A DNA stretch of 64,000 nt from contig ONWA01000018.1 of assembly GCA_900321425.1 (NCBI GenBank), forward strand, positions 15,015 to 79,014. Direction: 5' to 3'. This stretch comes from an uncultured Prevotellaceae bacterium. GTDB lineage: Bacteria > Bacteroidota > Bacteroidia > Bacteroidales > Bacteroidaceae. Both the position numbers and the translations under genes were made by a program. Shown in pieces: positions 10,029-21,102 of this stretch (the stretch's first letter is position 1; each line of letters begins with the position of its first letter). A model generated the notes under the pieces. It was not told the DNA's origin. It was given only the letters and a program-made list of their open reading frames with translations, and made no database searches.

Positions 10029-11903
10029 TTATTTGTTATACCAAGAATAGTTCTCCAACATGTAGTTATCATCCAAGTTGTACTGGAAGATAGGCCAATA
10101 CATATACTTGTCTGGATCCTTATAGTACAGAGACTCAATGATCTCATCTTCAATCTTACTTTCCTTAATATAGGTATCAATTTCACCTGCGGAGTTGGTA
10201 ATCTCTTGATAGCCTGCAGGTGCGGGGCCTGTCTCACCATGGTTCAATCCGTAGAAATCCAATGCTGCACCTGGGAGGTTGAAGGTTCTGCCTCCAGAGT
10301 AGTTGTAATCCTTCGTCTTGATATACAGGTGACCAGAGAGGTCGCTGTAATCCCATGTGTAACCGGCTCCATCGGTATAAGAACCCAGCTCACGGAGAGC
10401 ATACAACTTCTGTTTTGTCTCGTCCATCTTGCTCTTCAGCATTCCCCAACGGATGAGGTCTGCCTTACGCAATAGCTCGCCTGCAAACTCAAAGGCACGT
10501 TCCTGAACGATAGCGTTGAACATCGCAGTCTTGCTGGCAGAAGCTTCAGCCACATAAGCATCAACCTTTGTTGCCCAGTCGCCGCTCTTGAAGGCACGCT
10601 GACGAATCTTCTTCAGATAAGGAGCAGCAGCGGCAGGACCGTTCAGCTCGTTCTCCAGCTCAGCACGCATCAGCACGACATCAGCATAACGCATATAGAG
10701 TTTGTTGATACCATCGTCGGTACTTGCAATCATACGCTTCATCCACTCATAGCGCAACTTACCAAAGTAGAACTTCTTCACGCCGGAAACCTCCTGCTTA
10801 CCGTTGTTCCATTGATATGGAAGACAGGTAACGTCACGACGGGTATCCTTTACGTCATAGTCGAAAAAGAGGTTAGGAGTAGCGGTAACAGTACCACCTT
10901 GCTTAGCACCAACCATGTCGTCCTTAGTCTCGTGACGGCTACCAAAGGTATAAACGATACGTCCGCGAGCTGTAGGTTCATTGGCGTAACCAACCTCAAA
11001 CAGGGACTCCTTGCCAGCCTCGATACCGTCCTCACACATATTCTGGAAGAACTTCTCAAAGCTTGGGGTCAGACTAACGAGTCCCTTAGCCTCCTGGTCC
11101 ATCACGTCCTTGCATGCTTGCAGGGCGATGGGGTAGAGGACTGATTTTTGCAATTCCGCCTTTTCACTGGTACGTACGGTACCGTCAGCGCGCAGCGCAC
11201 TTCCGGCAGCCTGCATACAAGTACGAGCCAACAGACCCTTAACGAATGCTTTATTGATACGCTCTACGGTGTTGGTGATATCCAACTCCTTAGGCCATGC
11301 GCAGAGTTCTTCAGCCTCCTGCAGGTCTTTGATCAACTGGATATAGATATCGTCGCGGTCTGCACGAGGCATATAAATGGTCTCAGTAGAGATGGGCTCA
11401 AAACGTGCTGGCACGTCACCCCACATATTAATAAGGTCTACATAGGTCAGTGCTCTCAGTGTGAGTGCTTCACCCAGCAGATGAGCCATACGAGGGTCGC
11501 TCAGGTCAGCGTTCTCACGCAATCCCTTGATCACCAAGTTGGCCTTTTCAATACCTGAGTACATATTTGACCAAGGCTCCTTACCACCGGAATTGTTCAT
11601 CTGATTGTTGATAGGATAAATATCGTATACAGCCAAGTCAGCCTTACCGTCACCGTTCTTCTCAGATCCCTGATAGTATTCGATATCGGTATTGTAGCCG
11701 TACCATACCTGACGAGCACGATAGTTCTGCTCACCGAAGTAGGTATAGATATTCAGAACAGCACCCTTTGCCAAGTCATAGATAGCGAAGATGTTCGTAT
11801 CTTCAAAAGACGACGGTGAGCTCTGATCCAGGAAGTCACTGCAGGCAGTGAGATTACCAGCGAGCACAACGGCTGCGATTGATTTGATAATATATTTTTT
11901 CAT
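10029..11903 (-). CDS. SusD/RagB family lipoprotein
   Basis: LTACSDFLD lipobox; GEALTLRAL..., WGDVP, RYADVVLMRAE, ERAFEFAGE...DLIRWG. Confidence 0.95.
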   Translation of the reverse strand: MKKYIIKSIAAVVLAGNLTACSDFLDQSSPSSFEDTNIFAIYDLAKGAVLNIYTYFGEQNYRARQVWYGYNTDIEYYQGSEKNGDGKADLAVYDIYPINNQMNNSGGKEPWSNMYSGIEKANLVIKGLRENADLSDPRMAHLLGEALTLRALTYVDLINMWGDVPARFEPISTETIYMPRADRDDIYIQLIKDLQEAEELCAWPKELDITNTVERINKAFVKGLLARTCMQAAGSALRADGTVRTSEKAELQKSVLYPIALQACKDVMDQEAKGLVSLTPSFEKFFQNMCEDGIEAGKESLFEVGYANEPTARGRIVYTFGSRHETKDDMVGAKQGGTVTATPNLFFDYDVKDTRRDVTCLPYQWNNGKQEVSGVKKFYFGKLRYEWMKRMIASTDDGINKLYMRYADVVLMRAELENELNGPAAAAPYLKKIRQRAFKSGDWATKVDAYVAEASASKTAMFNAIVQERAFEFAGELLRKADLIRWGMLKSKMDETKQKLYALRELGSYTDGAGYTWDYSDLSGHLYIKTKDYNYSGGRTFNLPGAALDFYGLNHGETGPAPAGYQEITNSAGEIDTYIKESKIEDEIIESLYYKDPDKYMYWPIFQYNLDDNYMLENYSWYNK

Positions 11904-11916
11904 TGCTTTGTTATTT

Positions 11917-14900
11917 TTAGAAGTTCAAGTTCAAACCGAATACAAACTGACGGCTCTTGGGATAAGCAGAGTAGTCAACACCAGGAGTCAATGAAGTCTT
12001 GTTACGTGTCGACACCTCTGGATCTGAACCCGTGTACTTGGTCCAGCAGAATACATTGTAGCAAGAGAAGTAGAAGCGGAGATTGCTCAGTCTGAGCTTC
12101 TTGATAAACTTCTGAGGCAGCGTGTAACCCAGTGTCAGTGTTGCCAGACGCAGGAATGATCCGCTCTCGATAGCCCAATCGGTCAGGATGTTCTGAGTCA
12201 TGTATGGTGACCACATGGTGGTGGTGGCATTCATGGCCTCCAGTGTTGCTATGTCGTTAACGAGATTACCGTCTGCATCAATGTTGTTCCAACGGCTGCC
12301 AGCAGCCATCAGGTCAATCATGTTACGATACTTACGCTGTCCGGCTGTAGTATACTCAATCTTGTCAGCGTTGTAAACATCATTACCCAGGCTGAAGGTG
12401 AAGTTAGCAGCAAAGTCGAAACCATAAGCACGTGCATTGATAGCGAAACCACCATTTGCGGTTGGATTGGTGTCACCAATCTTTACGATGTCAGAAGATG
12501 AAACCTTACCGTTAGCAATTTCGCCTTCCTCATTTTCGGGGAGACCTGTAGAGTTCCATACCCATGCATTCTGTTCAGCATCCCAATGCTGGGTTGTGCT
12601 CTCAATCTTCATGGCACCTGGACGCATGTACTTGGCACCGATGATGTTAGATGCATCGGCAATACCCTCTCTCAGCACCCACTTGTTTCCGGCAGCTTCA
12701 TAGTCCTCGAAGTCGCTGGCCTCATAGCGGCCACCGTTGACGTATCCGTAGATTTCTCCGATAGGATGACCCACTTTCACGATGTACTCACTACCGATCT
12801 GTGTTGATGCCCAACCAGAAGCGGCTGAAATCTGTGGCAGACCACCGAGGTCTTTCACCTTATTCTTATTGAAGCCGATGTTACCTGAGAATGACAAGCC
12901 CCAGTTCTTCTTGTTGATGGCAGTCCAGTTCAAAGTAATCTCGACACCCTTGTTCTCGGTCTTACCCAAGTTACGGAACTGTGTGTTGTAACCAGTACCT
13001 GTTACAGGGAATTCAATCAGCAGGTCCTTCGTTGTGTTCCAGTAGAACTCGACGCTACCGCTCAGTTTGCTGCCAAACATGGTGAAATCGAGACCAATGT
13101 TACGTGTGATGGTGGTCTCCCAAGTCAGGTCGGGGTTAGGCATTACACTACCTGTTGTCCAAAGAGAAGGATTGCCATTCAGCCAAGAAGTAGAAGCAGA
13201 GCTCCATACCATACGTGTCCTGTCGCTTGGAATACCATTGTTACCGGCAGTACCGAAGCTGAAACGGAGTTTCAAGTCATCCAACCACTTCTGTGTCTTT
13301 TCCATCCAAGGCTCAGAAGAGATACGCCATGCAACGGCTGCTGATGGGAAGAAGCCCCAGCGGTTGCCGTCAGAGAACTTAGAGGATCCATCAGTACGGA
13401 AGGTAGCGCTTACCAAGTACTTGTCCTTATAGTTGTAGTTAGCACGTCCGAAGAAAGAGAACAGGTTGTCGTTAGCGTAGATGAAATAATCCGGGCTTAC
13501 CAGAGCCTGTCCCTGGCTACTCAAATTCCATGTGTCCTGAGCGTGTTGGTGTTACGGAAGGTCTTGCGTGTCTCATCCACGAAGTTCGCCATTGGCAGGT
13601 TGTTACCATTTACACGAGAGTTATAGGTAGAAACACCATAGTAGCGTCTGTCATTATTGTAGTAGTGCTGCAAACCGAACTCGGTCTTGAACTTGAAGTT
13701 CTTGAAGATCTCCCATGTGAACGCACCGTTCAGGTCGAAGGTCTGACGCTTCTGGTAACGGTCGTTATCGCGCGTAGATACCAATGGGGGAGTTAGGTTC
13801 AATTCCTCGTCATAACCATCGGAGAGGTCAGACATCATCAGCATAGGATAGATAATCACGTCCTTCATACGAGAGTCGGCGGTAGAAACCTCCTGCTTGC
13901 TCTCATTGGCACCTGCACCCTTGACACTGGTATTAGCGTAACGTGCAGAGAAGTCGAGGGTGATTGTCTTTCCAATCTTGTGTTTCAACTTCAAGCTAAG
14001 GTTGTCGCGACGGAAGTTAGAGTTCAACATGATACCCTTATCGCCTACGTGTGCATAGTTGAAAGAATAGGTCGTGTTCTCTGAACCACCAGTCACACTG
14101 AGGTTGTGGTTGAAGGTGTGACCTGTACGTCCGAAGACTACATCCTGCCAGTCGTTGGTCTGAGCAGTGTCATAGATATCCATATCCTGATAGTTACCGA
14201 ACATCTTGGTGTATTGGCTCTCGCTGTCGTTCAGCATAGCAAGCTCCCACTGCCAGTTCAGATAGTCTCTTGTACCCAGTGTCTTCAACTTGCTCGCCAT
14301 GCTCTTCACGCTAATGTAAGCATTATAGCTTACCTTCACCTTACCGGCCTGACCGCTCTTGGTGGTCACAAGGATTACACCGTTGGCACCACGGCTACCG
14401 TAGATAGCGGTAGAAGAAGCGTCCTTCAGTACGGTGATGTCCTCAATGTCGGAAGCAGGAATATCGCTGATGCTCGATACAGGGAAACCATCAACGATAA
14501 ACAGAGGCTCGTTCGACTGTGTGATAGAACCGCCACCACGTACGCGGATCTTCATCTCAGCGTCGGGTGAACCTTCAGTCGTGGTGATTTGCACACCGGC
14601 CATCTTACCAGTCAGTGCCTCGGTAGCACTGGCAACAGGTACAGCCTGGAGAGCATCACTGCTAACGGTAGCTACAGAACCGGTCAAGTCCTTCTTGCGA
14701 ACGGCACCATAACCGATAACCACCAACTCGTTCAGAGTGTTACTGTCATCTTCCATCGTTACGTTAACGGTAGACTTGCCCTTTACGTCAACAGTCTTTG
14801 TCTTCATACCGATGTAAGAGATCACCAGGGGTTTGTTGCCCGCAACCTTGATGGTGAAGTTACCATCGAAGTCAGTCACTGTGGCATTCTTAGTCCCTTG

Positions 14901-15041
14901 CTCAGTCACAGTAGCTCCGATGACGGCTTCGCCCGTAGCGTCCTTCACCGTACCCTTGACTGTCGTCTGCGCTGAAATGCTGCCCACTAATAGCAGGAAT
15001 GAAAGCACCAGCGCTGCTCGAATACTTTTTAATACAGACAT
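11917..15041 (-). pseudogene. SusC/RagA TonB-dependent transporter split by a frameshift near 13535
   Basis: N-half has VVIGYG, LTGSV, LKDASSTAIYGSRGANGV; C-half has FGRANYNY, NPDLTWETT, YPKSRQFVFGLNLNF; the halves are in different frames. Confidence 0.85.
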
Positions 15042-15206
15042 AAAATTAGTAGTTAAATAAATTAATATATAAAAAATGTTTTTATTTGTTTTAGCCTCTT
15101 TTATTCTTTTAAGTATGCAAATATACTATAATTTTATCGAAGATAAGAATATATTTACTAATTATAAGTAATTTTAACGATTAAACTTCGCTTGCCATTT
15201 TTAAAA

Positions 15207-15240
15207 ATGGGGGCAGGTGCATCACTGCGTCCGCCCCCTT
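15207..15240 (-). terminator. Probable terminator after the pectinesterase gene
   Basis: GGGGGC...GCCCCC GC-rich stem next to an A-run. Confidence 0.55.
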
Positions 15241-15281
15241 GCTTTAGTAATTTGTTTTAAAATAGTTCGTCTAGTCACTCT

Positions 15282-18200
15282 TTATTTCATCACAACCTTC
15301 TTGCCATTGATGATATATACACCTTTTTGGGCTGTGTTCACACGAACACCTTGCAGGTTGTAGATAACCTTTTCGCTATTGTTCTCAGTTGCATTGATAC
15401 CGTTGATGGCAGTCGCACTTGAGTCGATGATGACAACAGGCTCACCCATACCTCCCATCGCATTGATGGCGCGGATGGTATATACATCAGCTGTTGTTGT
15501 CGGCTCAGAACCTCTGGAAGCTGAGGGTTGCTCAAGGGTATAGGAGGTTCCCTCAACGATAGCCAGCAACTCATTTTTCTTGAAGATGGCGTATGAGGTA
15601 GCACCCTCTACGGCTTTCCAAGTGATGACTCCGTTCTCCAACTTAGCGCTTCCTTCCTCTACTTCTTTTTGCTCAGAGGCTGTAAAGGGCTTCCAAGCGC
15701 CTGTGAAGATGGCTTCTGGGCGATAGTTGGCAGCTTCATCTGCGGTGATAACCGGATTGTTGGCAACACCTTTGAATGATGTCTTTCGCTGTGAGAGGTC
15801 AATAGCAGTTCCATTGGCATTTACACTGTTGTATTCACCGAACTGTTCTACTGAGTTTTGCTTAGCAACATCGGTAGACCACTCGTCCCAACCCATCGCT
15901 GTGGGCTTAATCAGCATCTTCGTGTCGAGCATACGGACAATGGTTCCTGATGCCCAAGGACGGCCCAGACGATATTTGCCGTCCTCGTTGGCCATACCGT
16001 TCAGTGTACACTCGTTGAAAATATAACCGAAGCTCTTTTTGGTATTTGGTGCTGCAATTACGCCACCTATGCCACCGCCGGCGGCTGCTGATTTGTTGAC
16101 CGTATAGAATGTGGTTCTGTTGAAATAAACATCACCATTACCGCAGACATAGTCGACTGACCCCTCAATCTTACAGTCTTCGAAGTAATATGTACCACTA
16201 TTGCTGTTGCTGTAATAAGTGTCTTGCAAACCTTTCAGGTAGACCTTCTTCATTACAGTTTGGTTACCTTGATCTTGGAAGCATACGCCACGCTCGGCAT
16301 TGGCCTGATCATCACCCGACTTCCAAGGAGCAATACAATCGATTGTCAGGTCCTGTAAATAGGTGTTTGTCGCTTTGTTCAGCAAGGTGGCTGTATTATT
16401 AATACTTTCCTTGATAGGACGGTTCTTGATGATGACATCTTTCATCGACTCACCTATGATAGAGATATTGTTGCGTGAAATCTCTGTAAGTGTCTTTGTA
16501 CCAAGGTCATAGGTGCCATTAGGCAGGTAGATGTAAACACGCTCTGTTCCGCTCATGCCGTTGGCTGCATCCAGTGCATCAAGGAAACTGCTAGCGTCAC
16601 CTTCTTTGACGTAGATCCACTGACCTTTTATATCATAATTGGTCTCCGCAGTGTTGACAATTCTAATCTTGTGGATGTATGCCTGACCACCACTGATGGT
16701 TAAGGTCAAAGTACCGGCTTCACCTTCGTAATCAATGGTCTTGGTAGTGCCATCTGTTGCGTTGACTGCATCAATCTCAACATTATTAGAAGCCACGATT
16801 TTAGTGGTTCCGTTTTCTGGATATCTACAGGTGGTGACAAAGATGGTGGCCTTAGGACCTACTAACAAGTTGATCTTATCTCCATTTTTAAAGTCCCATC
16901 CGTGGGTGCCGTCATGCCATTTGCCCGATCCCTCAGGGCTAAATGCCTCATGATCAGCAGCATCGAAGTTCTTGTCGGTTAGGTCGAACTCATATTTACG
17001 GCTGGTGCTTGCCACCTCGATTTCTGTTTCTACAGCATAGAGTGTGATATTCTCAGTAACCACGCTCTCTGTTGTCCATTTCTCACCTACACGGTCCTGC
17101 TTGAACCAGCCACGAACCGCATAGTCCTCAAGTGTTGAAGTCAAATCTTCTGGATTAAATTTAAATTCTCCGATTTTAGCATCTTTCTCAACTTCTTGAG
17201 TACCCAGTTCTTTGCCTCCAACAGCCAGATAGGTCAGTGTCATGAAGGGTTTGCGAACAAAGGTAGCCACGTAATTGACGGTTTTCTCTCCAGCTGTGAC
17301 AGGGATTGTTACTGTGCACTGGTCATCGTCACCAGTATAGGTGATTTCACCAATTTCGCCATTGTCAGCAATATAGTTAGAGATAGGGTTGTCCTTTGAT
17401 ATCATGGTCTCGCTCTTGAACAGTTCAAAGGTAGCCTCGTAATTTCCGCTATTGCCCATCTCGAAGTCATCACCAGCATATGTCTTTCCGTTGGCTTTGA
17501 ATGAACCCAATAGGGGAGCCCCCGTCATATCAACCTGTCCAAAGATTTCCAAATCAACCATATAGGCATTCTCCTTGGCAGTGAAGCTCTCAAACTTAAT
17601 CTGTACGTTACTTCTATTAACATTCAGCGTCAGGGTTTCACCAGACTGAGTTGCAATTGATTGATTGTGAATAATCACCCAGTCTGCATCGCCATCACCT
17701 TTGACAGAAATCTTCCAACCTCGATTTCCACCAGTGGCTGCTTGAGTAAGGACAATCTTTGTAATATTCTCAAGGGCAGACGTTGTTCCCACAACAGGTC
17801 CTGCAGTGTAGTCTGTGTTTTTGGCAGAAATCATGTAACCTGTATATCCAGGGAATTTAGAATTATTAGTTCCTTTCGGGTCTGCACCAATGCCGTTCAA
17901 TGTGAACACAAGTTCTTCCTTAGTAAATTTTGTAGTGAATGTTTTTGTGACATCAGTGGCTTTTTTGCAGTCGATATATTCCCAGTCTGTAAAGTCGGTC
18001 TTGTAGATTGACTTCTCTACGAGTACAGGCTTATCGTCAGCCTTGGGAGCTTTCAGGAAAACAGAGATAGAATTGATGTAGTTGTTGGATCCCGTAGCAA
18101 CAACGGAAACATAGCCCCGATTAGCGTCAGCAGTAGTAGCCTCATAGGTAGTAATCCTTTCTGTTGCTTCTACACCAGCCACACTATAATGGAAATAGCC

Positions 18201-18986
18201 TGGATATCCTTCGACGGTGATAACGTCACCTTTGTTTTTGACTGGAATTTGCATCTCAACGCCATTACCTACCAAATAGCTATTGTCGTTGTTCTTAATC
18301 TGCCCACCATTATAAACAATCGTCATAGAGATTCCGTCAACATCAGCATTCATGGTGGTTCCAGTGTAGGCACCATTCTCAGACTTAGGCGCTAAGTTAG
18401 CGCAGTTGTTGACAAAGTCCCATGTAGCCAATACATCTACGGCAGGCTGACCTGGCTCTTCGCTGCTATCGTCTTCGTTTTGTGTGACAGAAATAGAGGA
18501 ATAATAGTTGTTGTTATTAGTAGATGTTACAGAAACATATCCCTTAGCAACGTCAGCGGCTGTTGCCGTGTATGTTGCATCAGGACTTTCATCGTTTGTA
18601 GAGGAATCTACTGTAATATCACCAATAGTATAATGTGCGTATTTTAGAAATCCTTTGACTGTTACGACATCACCAACATTCTTCACGGGGATCCGCATCT
18701 CAACACCATTTCCTACCTGATAACTGTTGTCGTTGTTTTTAATCTGACCGCCGTTATAAACAATTGTCATAGAGATTCCATCAACATCAGAATTCATGGA
18801 GGTTCCAGTGTATGCGCCACTTTCAGATTTTGGCGCTATGTTAGCGCAGTTCTTCGCAAAGTCCCATGTAGCTGTGATGGGGTAGGTTACTTCTGTTGGT
18901 CCTCCAACTACTTTCATGGTTGTAGCAAGCACAAGTCCTACTATGCCTAAGAAAGCAATGAGTAATAGAGATAATTTTTTCTTCAT
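15282..18986 (-). CDS. Multimodular secreted pectinesterase (CE8) with a duplicated N-terminal domain and T9SS-type tail
   Basis: GLQDTYY, IEGSVDYVCG, LGRPW, FGEYNS CE8 motifs; tail IYNLQGVRV...KGVYIINGKKVVMK. Confidence 0.88.
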   Translation of the reverse strand: MKKKLSLLLIAFLGIVGLVLATTMKVVGGPTEVTYPITATWDFAKNCANIAPKSESGAYTGTSMNSDVDGISMTIVYNGGQIKNNDNSYQVGNGVEMRIPVKNVGDVVTVKGFLKYAHYTIGDITVDSSTNDESPDATYTATAADVAKGYVSVTSTNNNNYYSSISVTQNEDDSSEEPGQPAVDVLATWDFVNNCANLAPKSENGAYTGTTMNADVDGISMTIVYNGGQIKNNDNSYLVGNGVEMQIPVKNKGDVITVEGYPGYFHYSVAGVEATERITTYEATTADANRGYVSVVATGSNNYINSISVFLKAPKADDKPVLVEKSIYKTDFTDWEYIDCKKATDVTKTFTTKFTKEELVFTLNGIGADPKGTNNSKFPGYTGYMISAKNTDYTAGPVVGTTSALENITKIVLTQAATGGNRGWKISVKGDGDADWVIIHNQSIATQSGETLTLNVNRSNVQIKFESFTAKENAYMVDLEIFGQVDMTGAPLLGSFKANGKTYAGDDFEMGNSGNYEATFELFKSETMISKDNPISNYIADNGEIGEITYTGDDDQCTVTIPVTAGEKTVNYVATFVRKPFMTLTYLAVGGKELGTQEVEKDAKIGEFKFNPEDLTSTLEDYAVRGWFKQDRVGEKWTTESVVTENITLYAVETEIEVASTSRKYEFDLTDKNFDAADHEAFSPEGSGKWHDGTHGWDFKNGDKINLLVGPKATIFVTTCRYPENGTTKIVASNNVEIDAVNATDGTTKTIDYEGEAGTLTLTISGGQAYIHKIRIVNTAETNYDIKGQWIYVKEGDASSFLDALDAANGMSGTERVYIYLPNGTYDLGTKTLTEISRNNISIIGESMKDVIIKNRPIKESINNTATLLNKATNTYLQDLTIDCIAPWKSGDDQANAERGVCFQDQGNQTVMKKVYLKGLQDTYYSNSNSGTYYFEDCKIEGSVDYVCGNGDVYFNRTTFYTVNKSAAAGGGIGGVIAAPNTKKSFGYIFNECTLNGMANEDGKYRLGRPWASGTIVRMLDTKMLIKPTAMGWDEWSTDVAKQNSVEQFGEYNSVNANGTAIDLSQRKTSFKGVANNPVITADEAANYRPEAIFTGAWKPFTASEQKEVEEGSAKLENGVITWKAVEGATSYAIFKKNELLAIVEGTSYTLEQPSASRGSEPTTTADVYTIRAINAMGGMGEPVVIIDSSATAINGINATENNSEKVIYNLQGVRVNTAQKGVYIINGKKVVMK
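18180..18875 (-). repeat. Tandem domain duplication in the pectinesterase N-terminus
   Basis: ATWDFxxNCANxAPKSExGAYTGTxMNxDVDGISMTIVYNGGQIKNNDNSY occurs twice, visible at DNA level. Confidence 0.85.
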
Positions 18987-19128
18987 AAATAGATAGTTTT
19001 AGTTGTTATTGATTATTAGGTATGGTTTTGTTATTTCTTTTTGAACATATTTATACGATTTTGTCATTTGCACGGCAAAGGTAAGGTTTTATATTCAAAT
19101 ATGAATGGAAAACATTGTTAAATCGTAC

Positions 19129-19140
19129 GTAAACGTTTGC
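19129..19140. promoter_or_regulatory. LacI-family-like operator upstream of the pectinesterase promoter
   Basis: GTAAACGTTTGC near-palindrome with central CG, about 50 nt upstream of a minus-strand TACCTTTG at about 19076-19083. Confidence 0.5.
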
Positions 19141-19155
19141 ATAAAGAACTCCTAC

Positions 19156-21066
19156 TCAAAAAAACATCTTGTCAAATTCATAAGTATCAGTATACTTCTT
19201 TAGATTACCCTTAATAATAACGGTCTTTCCTGTTTGCAAATCTTCTTTGGCAGTGAAGTCTGCGCCATTAAGTCCCTTACCACTATAAACCTGAAGTTTA
19301 GTGGTTGTTCCACCATCGTCCGAAATCCAATAAGTTATGCTCTTGTATGTGCTATTATATGAATCGATTTGGCAGATGATTCCTTTTACGTAGCAATCTG
19401 AGGCTGTAGTCTCAGTATCAATAACATTGATTGCTTGAGCAACGGTTAGTGGGGCTGCTGCTGTTCCATGATTAGCAGTGCTTCCACTTCCATTTGGATT
19501 TTTACCGATTTCTGTACCGTTAAGGATGGCGAAGGTTACATTCTTCAAACCTGCCTGTCCAAAGTATTTTGCGAGGTCACCGTAAAGTGTCACTTCCTTC
19601 TTGAGGTTTCCAGCATTGTCTATCAGATTGAGTGCTGTGCGAACTGCTGAGCCCGAAGGAAGCTGAATAGGCATACATTTTGAAGCATCGGTCTCGTCTG
19701 CACTTGCAGCCAGCAGAATATTTGATGCAACAGCACCATTGGCACTAAATGTTGCACCGTCTGCATAAACCTGACCATTTACAAAGCCTACAATGTAACC
19801 CTTAACATAAACACCAGTCTTTTCTCCTGCATCTTTAGCTGCAGTAACATTATATGGTGATTTCTCTGTTCCATTGCCAGATCCACTTGGTGTGGTCTCA
19901 CCGCCGCCAGATCCACTGTTGTCGACACTTACGAAGTAGGCATTGGTTACCTGTGCTTTGCCATTATACTCGCCACGGTTACCCATGATGGTAATCTTGC
20001 TGCCGTTAGCAATACCTTGAGCTTTAACCAAATCCTGGAAGAGTTTCTTGGCACCTCCCTTTTCAGAGAGCAGACCATATACGTATACAGAACCTGTCGC
20101 ATCCTCAAGGTCGAAGTTACCATACTGGTCGCCGTCCTTCAGGTTCTTCACGGTACCTGTCAGCTTATACCAAACGTCTGTGCTTACTTCTGCTGCGAGG
20201 AAGTTGGCTACAGTCGTTGCTTTGTCGCCACCAGCTTCACCACCTTGGCCCTCTGGTACATAATAAGCGTTTACTGCCTCAATCTTGCCGTTATACTCAC
20301 CACGGTTAGCATGGATGGTGATGGTGCTTCCGTTGGCAATACCGTACTTGGTTACGAGTTCCTGGAAGAGTTTCTTAGCACCTCCCTTTTCAGAGAGCAG
20401 ACCGTATACATATACAGAACCGGTAGCATCCTCGAGGTCGAAGTTACCATACTGGTCACCGTCCTTCAGGTTCTTCACAGTACCTGTGAGCTCATACCAT
20501 GTGTCGTTGTCAACTTCTGCGGCATTGAACTCTGCGATGGTTACCTTCTTGGCATCGGTAGTCTTACCACCGCCTTCACCGTTCTTCTCGTGAGCTACAA
20601 GCCATGCAGCACCCTTGCCCTCAGTTTCCGGGGTCTTGTTGCTGTAGTTGTAAATCTTACCGTAAACAGTGACTACGTCGCCAACGTTGAATTCATATCC
20701 AGCGGTCAGCTTCTGGCCATTCTCTCCTGCAATCTGATAGCATGTGAACAGGTCGCTGCCGTCAACTGCATCAGCAATGGTGAAGGTCGCGTTGCCATAG
20801 GTAGCGTCTGCCTTAGTGGCTTGGGTGACATAACCCTTGACATAATACTTGTCCTCAGAGAGGGTAGTGCCCAACTCTTTACACTTCTTGATGGCAGCAG
20901 CCACGTTATACGGATCATCCTGCGTACCCGTTCCGGAAGGAGTAACAGTACCTGCTGGCTCCTCATAGGTTGATGGCTGGTTGAACGGCATAGGCACGTC
21001 CTCGCAACTGGTGAATGTGAAGACCATTGTGGTCATCGCAATCAATAAATATGCAAATCTTTTCAT
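19156..21066 (-). CDS. Lipoprotein with repeated OB-fold-like modules (DUF6359-like); C-terminus probably truncated
   Basis: Lipobox FTSC; repeated GxGT..PYNV.AA and YVKGY modules; abrupt ending YEFDKMFF*. Confidence 0.7.
   Translation of the reverse strand: MKRFAYLLIAMTTMVFTFTSCEDVPMPFNQPSTYEEPAGTVTPSGTGTQDDPYNVAAAIKKCKELGTTLSEDKYYVKGYVTQATKADATYGNATFTIADAVDGSDLFTCYQIAGENGQKLTAGYEFNVGDVVTVYGKIYNYSNKTPETEGKGAAWLVAHEKNGEGGGKTTDAKKVTIAEFNAAEVDNDTWYELTGTVKNLKDGDQYGNFDLEDATGSVYVYGLLSEKGGAKKLFQELVTKYGIANGSTITIHANRGEYNGKIEAVNAYYVPEGQGGEAGGDKATTVANFLAAEVSTDVWYKLTGTVKNLKDGDQYGNFDLEDATGSVYVYGLLSEKGGAKKLFQDLVKAQGIANGSKITIMGNRGEYNGKAQVTNAYFVSVDNSGSGGGETTPSGSGNGTEKSPYNVTAAKDAGEKTGVYVKGYIVGFVNGQVYADGATFSANGAVASNILLAASADETDASKCMPIQLPSGSAVRTALNLIDNAGNLKKEVTLYGDLAKYFGQAGLKNVTFAILNGTEIGKNPNGSGSTANHGTAAAPLTVAQAINVIDTETTASDCYVKGIICQIDSYNSTYKSITYWISDDGGTTTKLQVYSGKGLNGADFTAKEDLQTGKTVIIKGNLKKYTDTYEFDKMFF
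20033..20499 (-). repeat. Near-identical internal duplication, about 140 bp, copies 327 bp apart
   Basis: WY.LTGTVKNLKDGDQYGNFDLEDATGSVYVYGLLSEKGGAKKLFQ occurs twice (about 20033-20171 and 20360-20499). Confidence 0.9.
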
Positions 21067-21102
21067 ATTGTTTTGTTTTTTAATGTCTTGGTAAATAGAT
21101 TT

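Noticed and set aside
13521-13540. Programmed frameshifting in SusC
   Set aside because: No slippery sequence or homopolymer at the junction, and coding sequence appears to be missing.
20017-20973. 318-aa plus-strand ORF
   Set aside because: Antisense shadow of the OB-fold lipoprotein; it mirrors that gene's repeats and has no motifs of its own.
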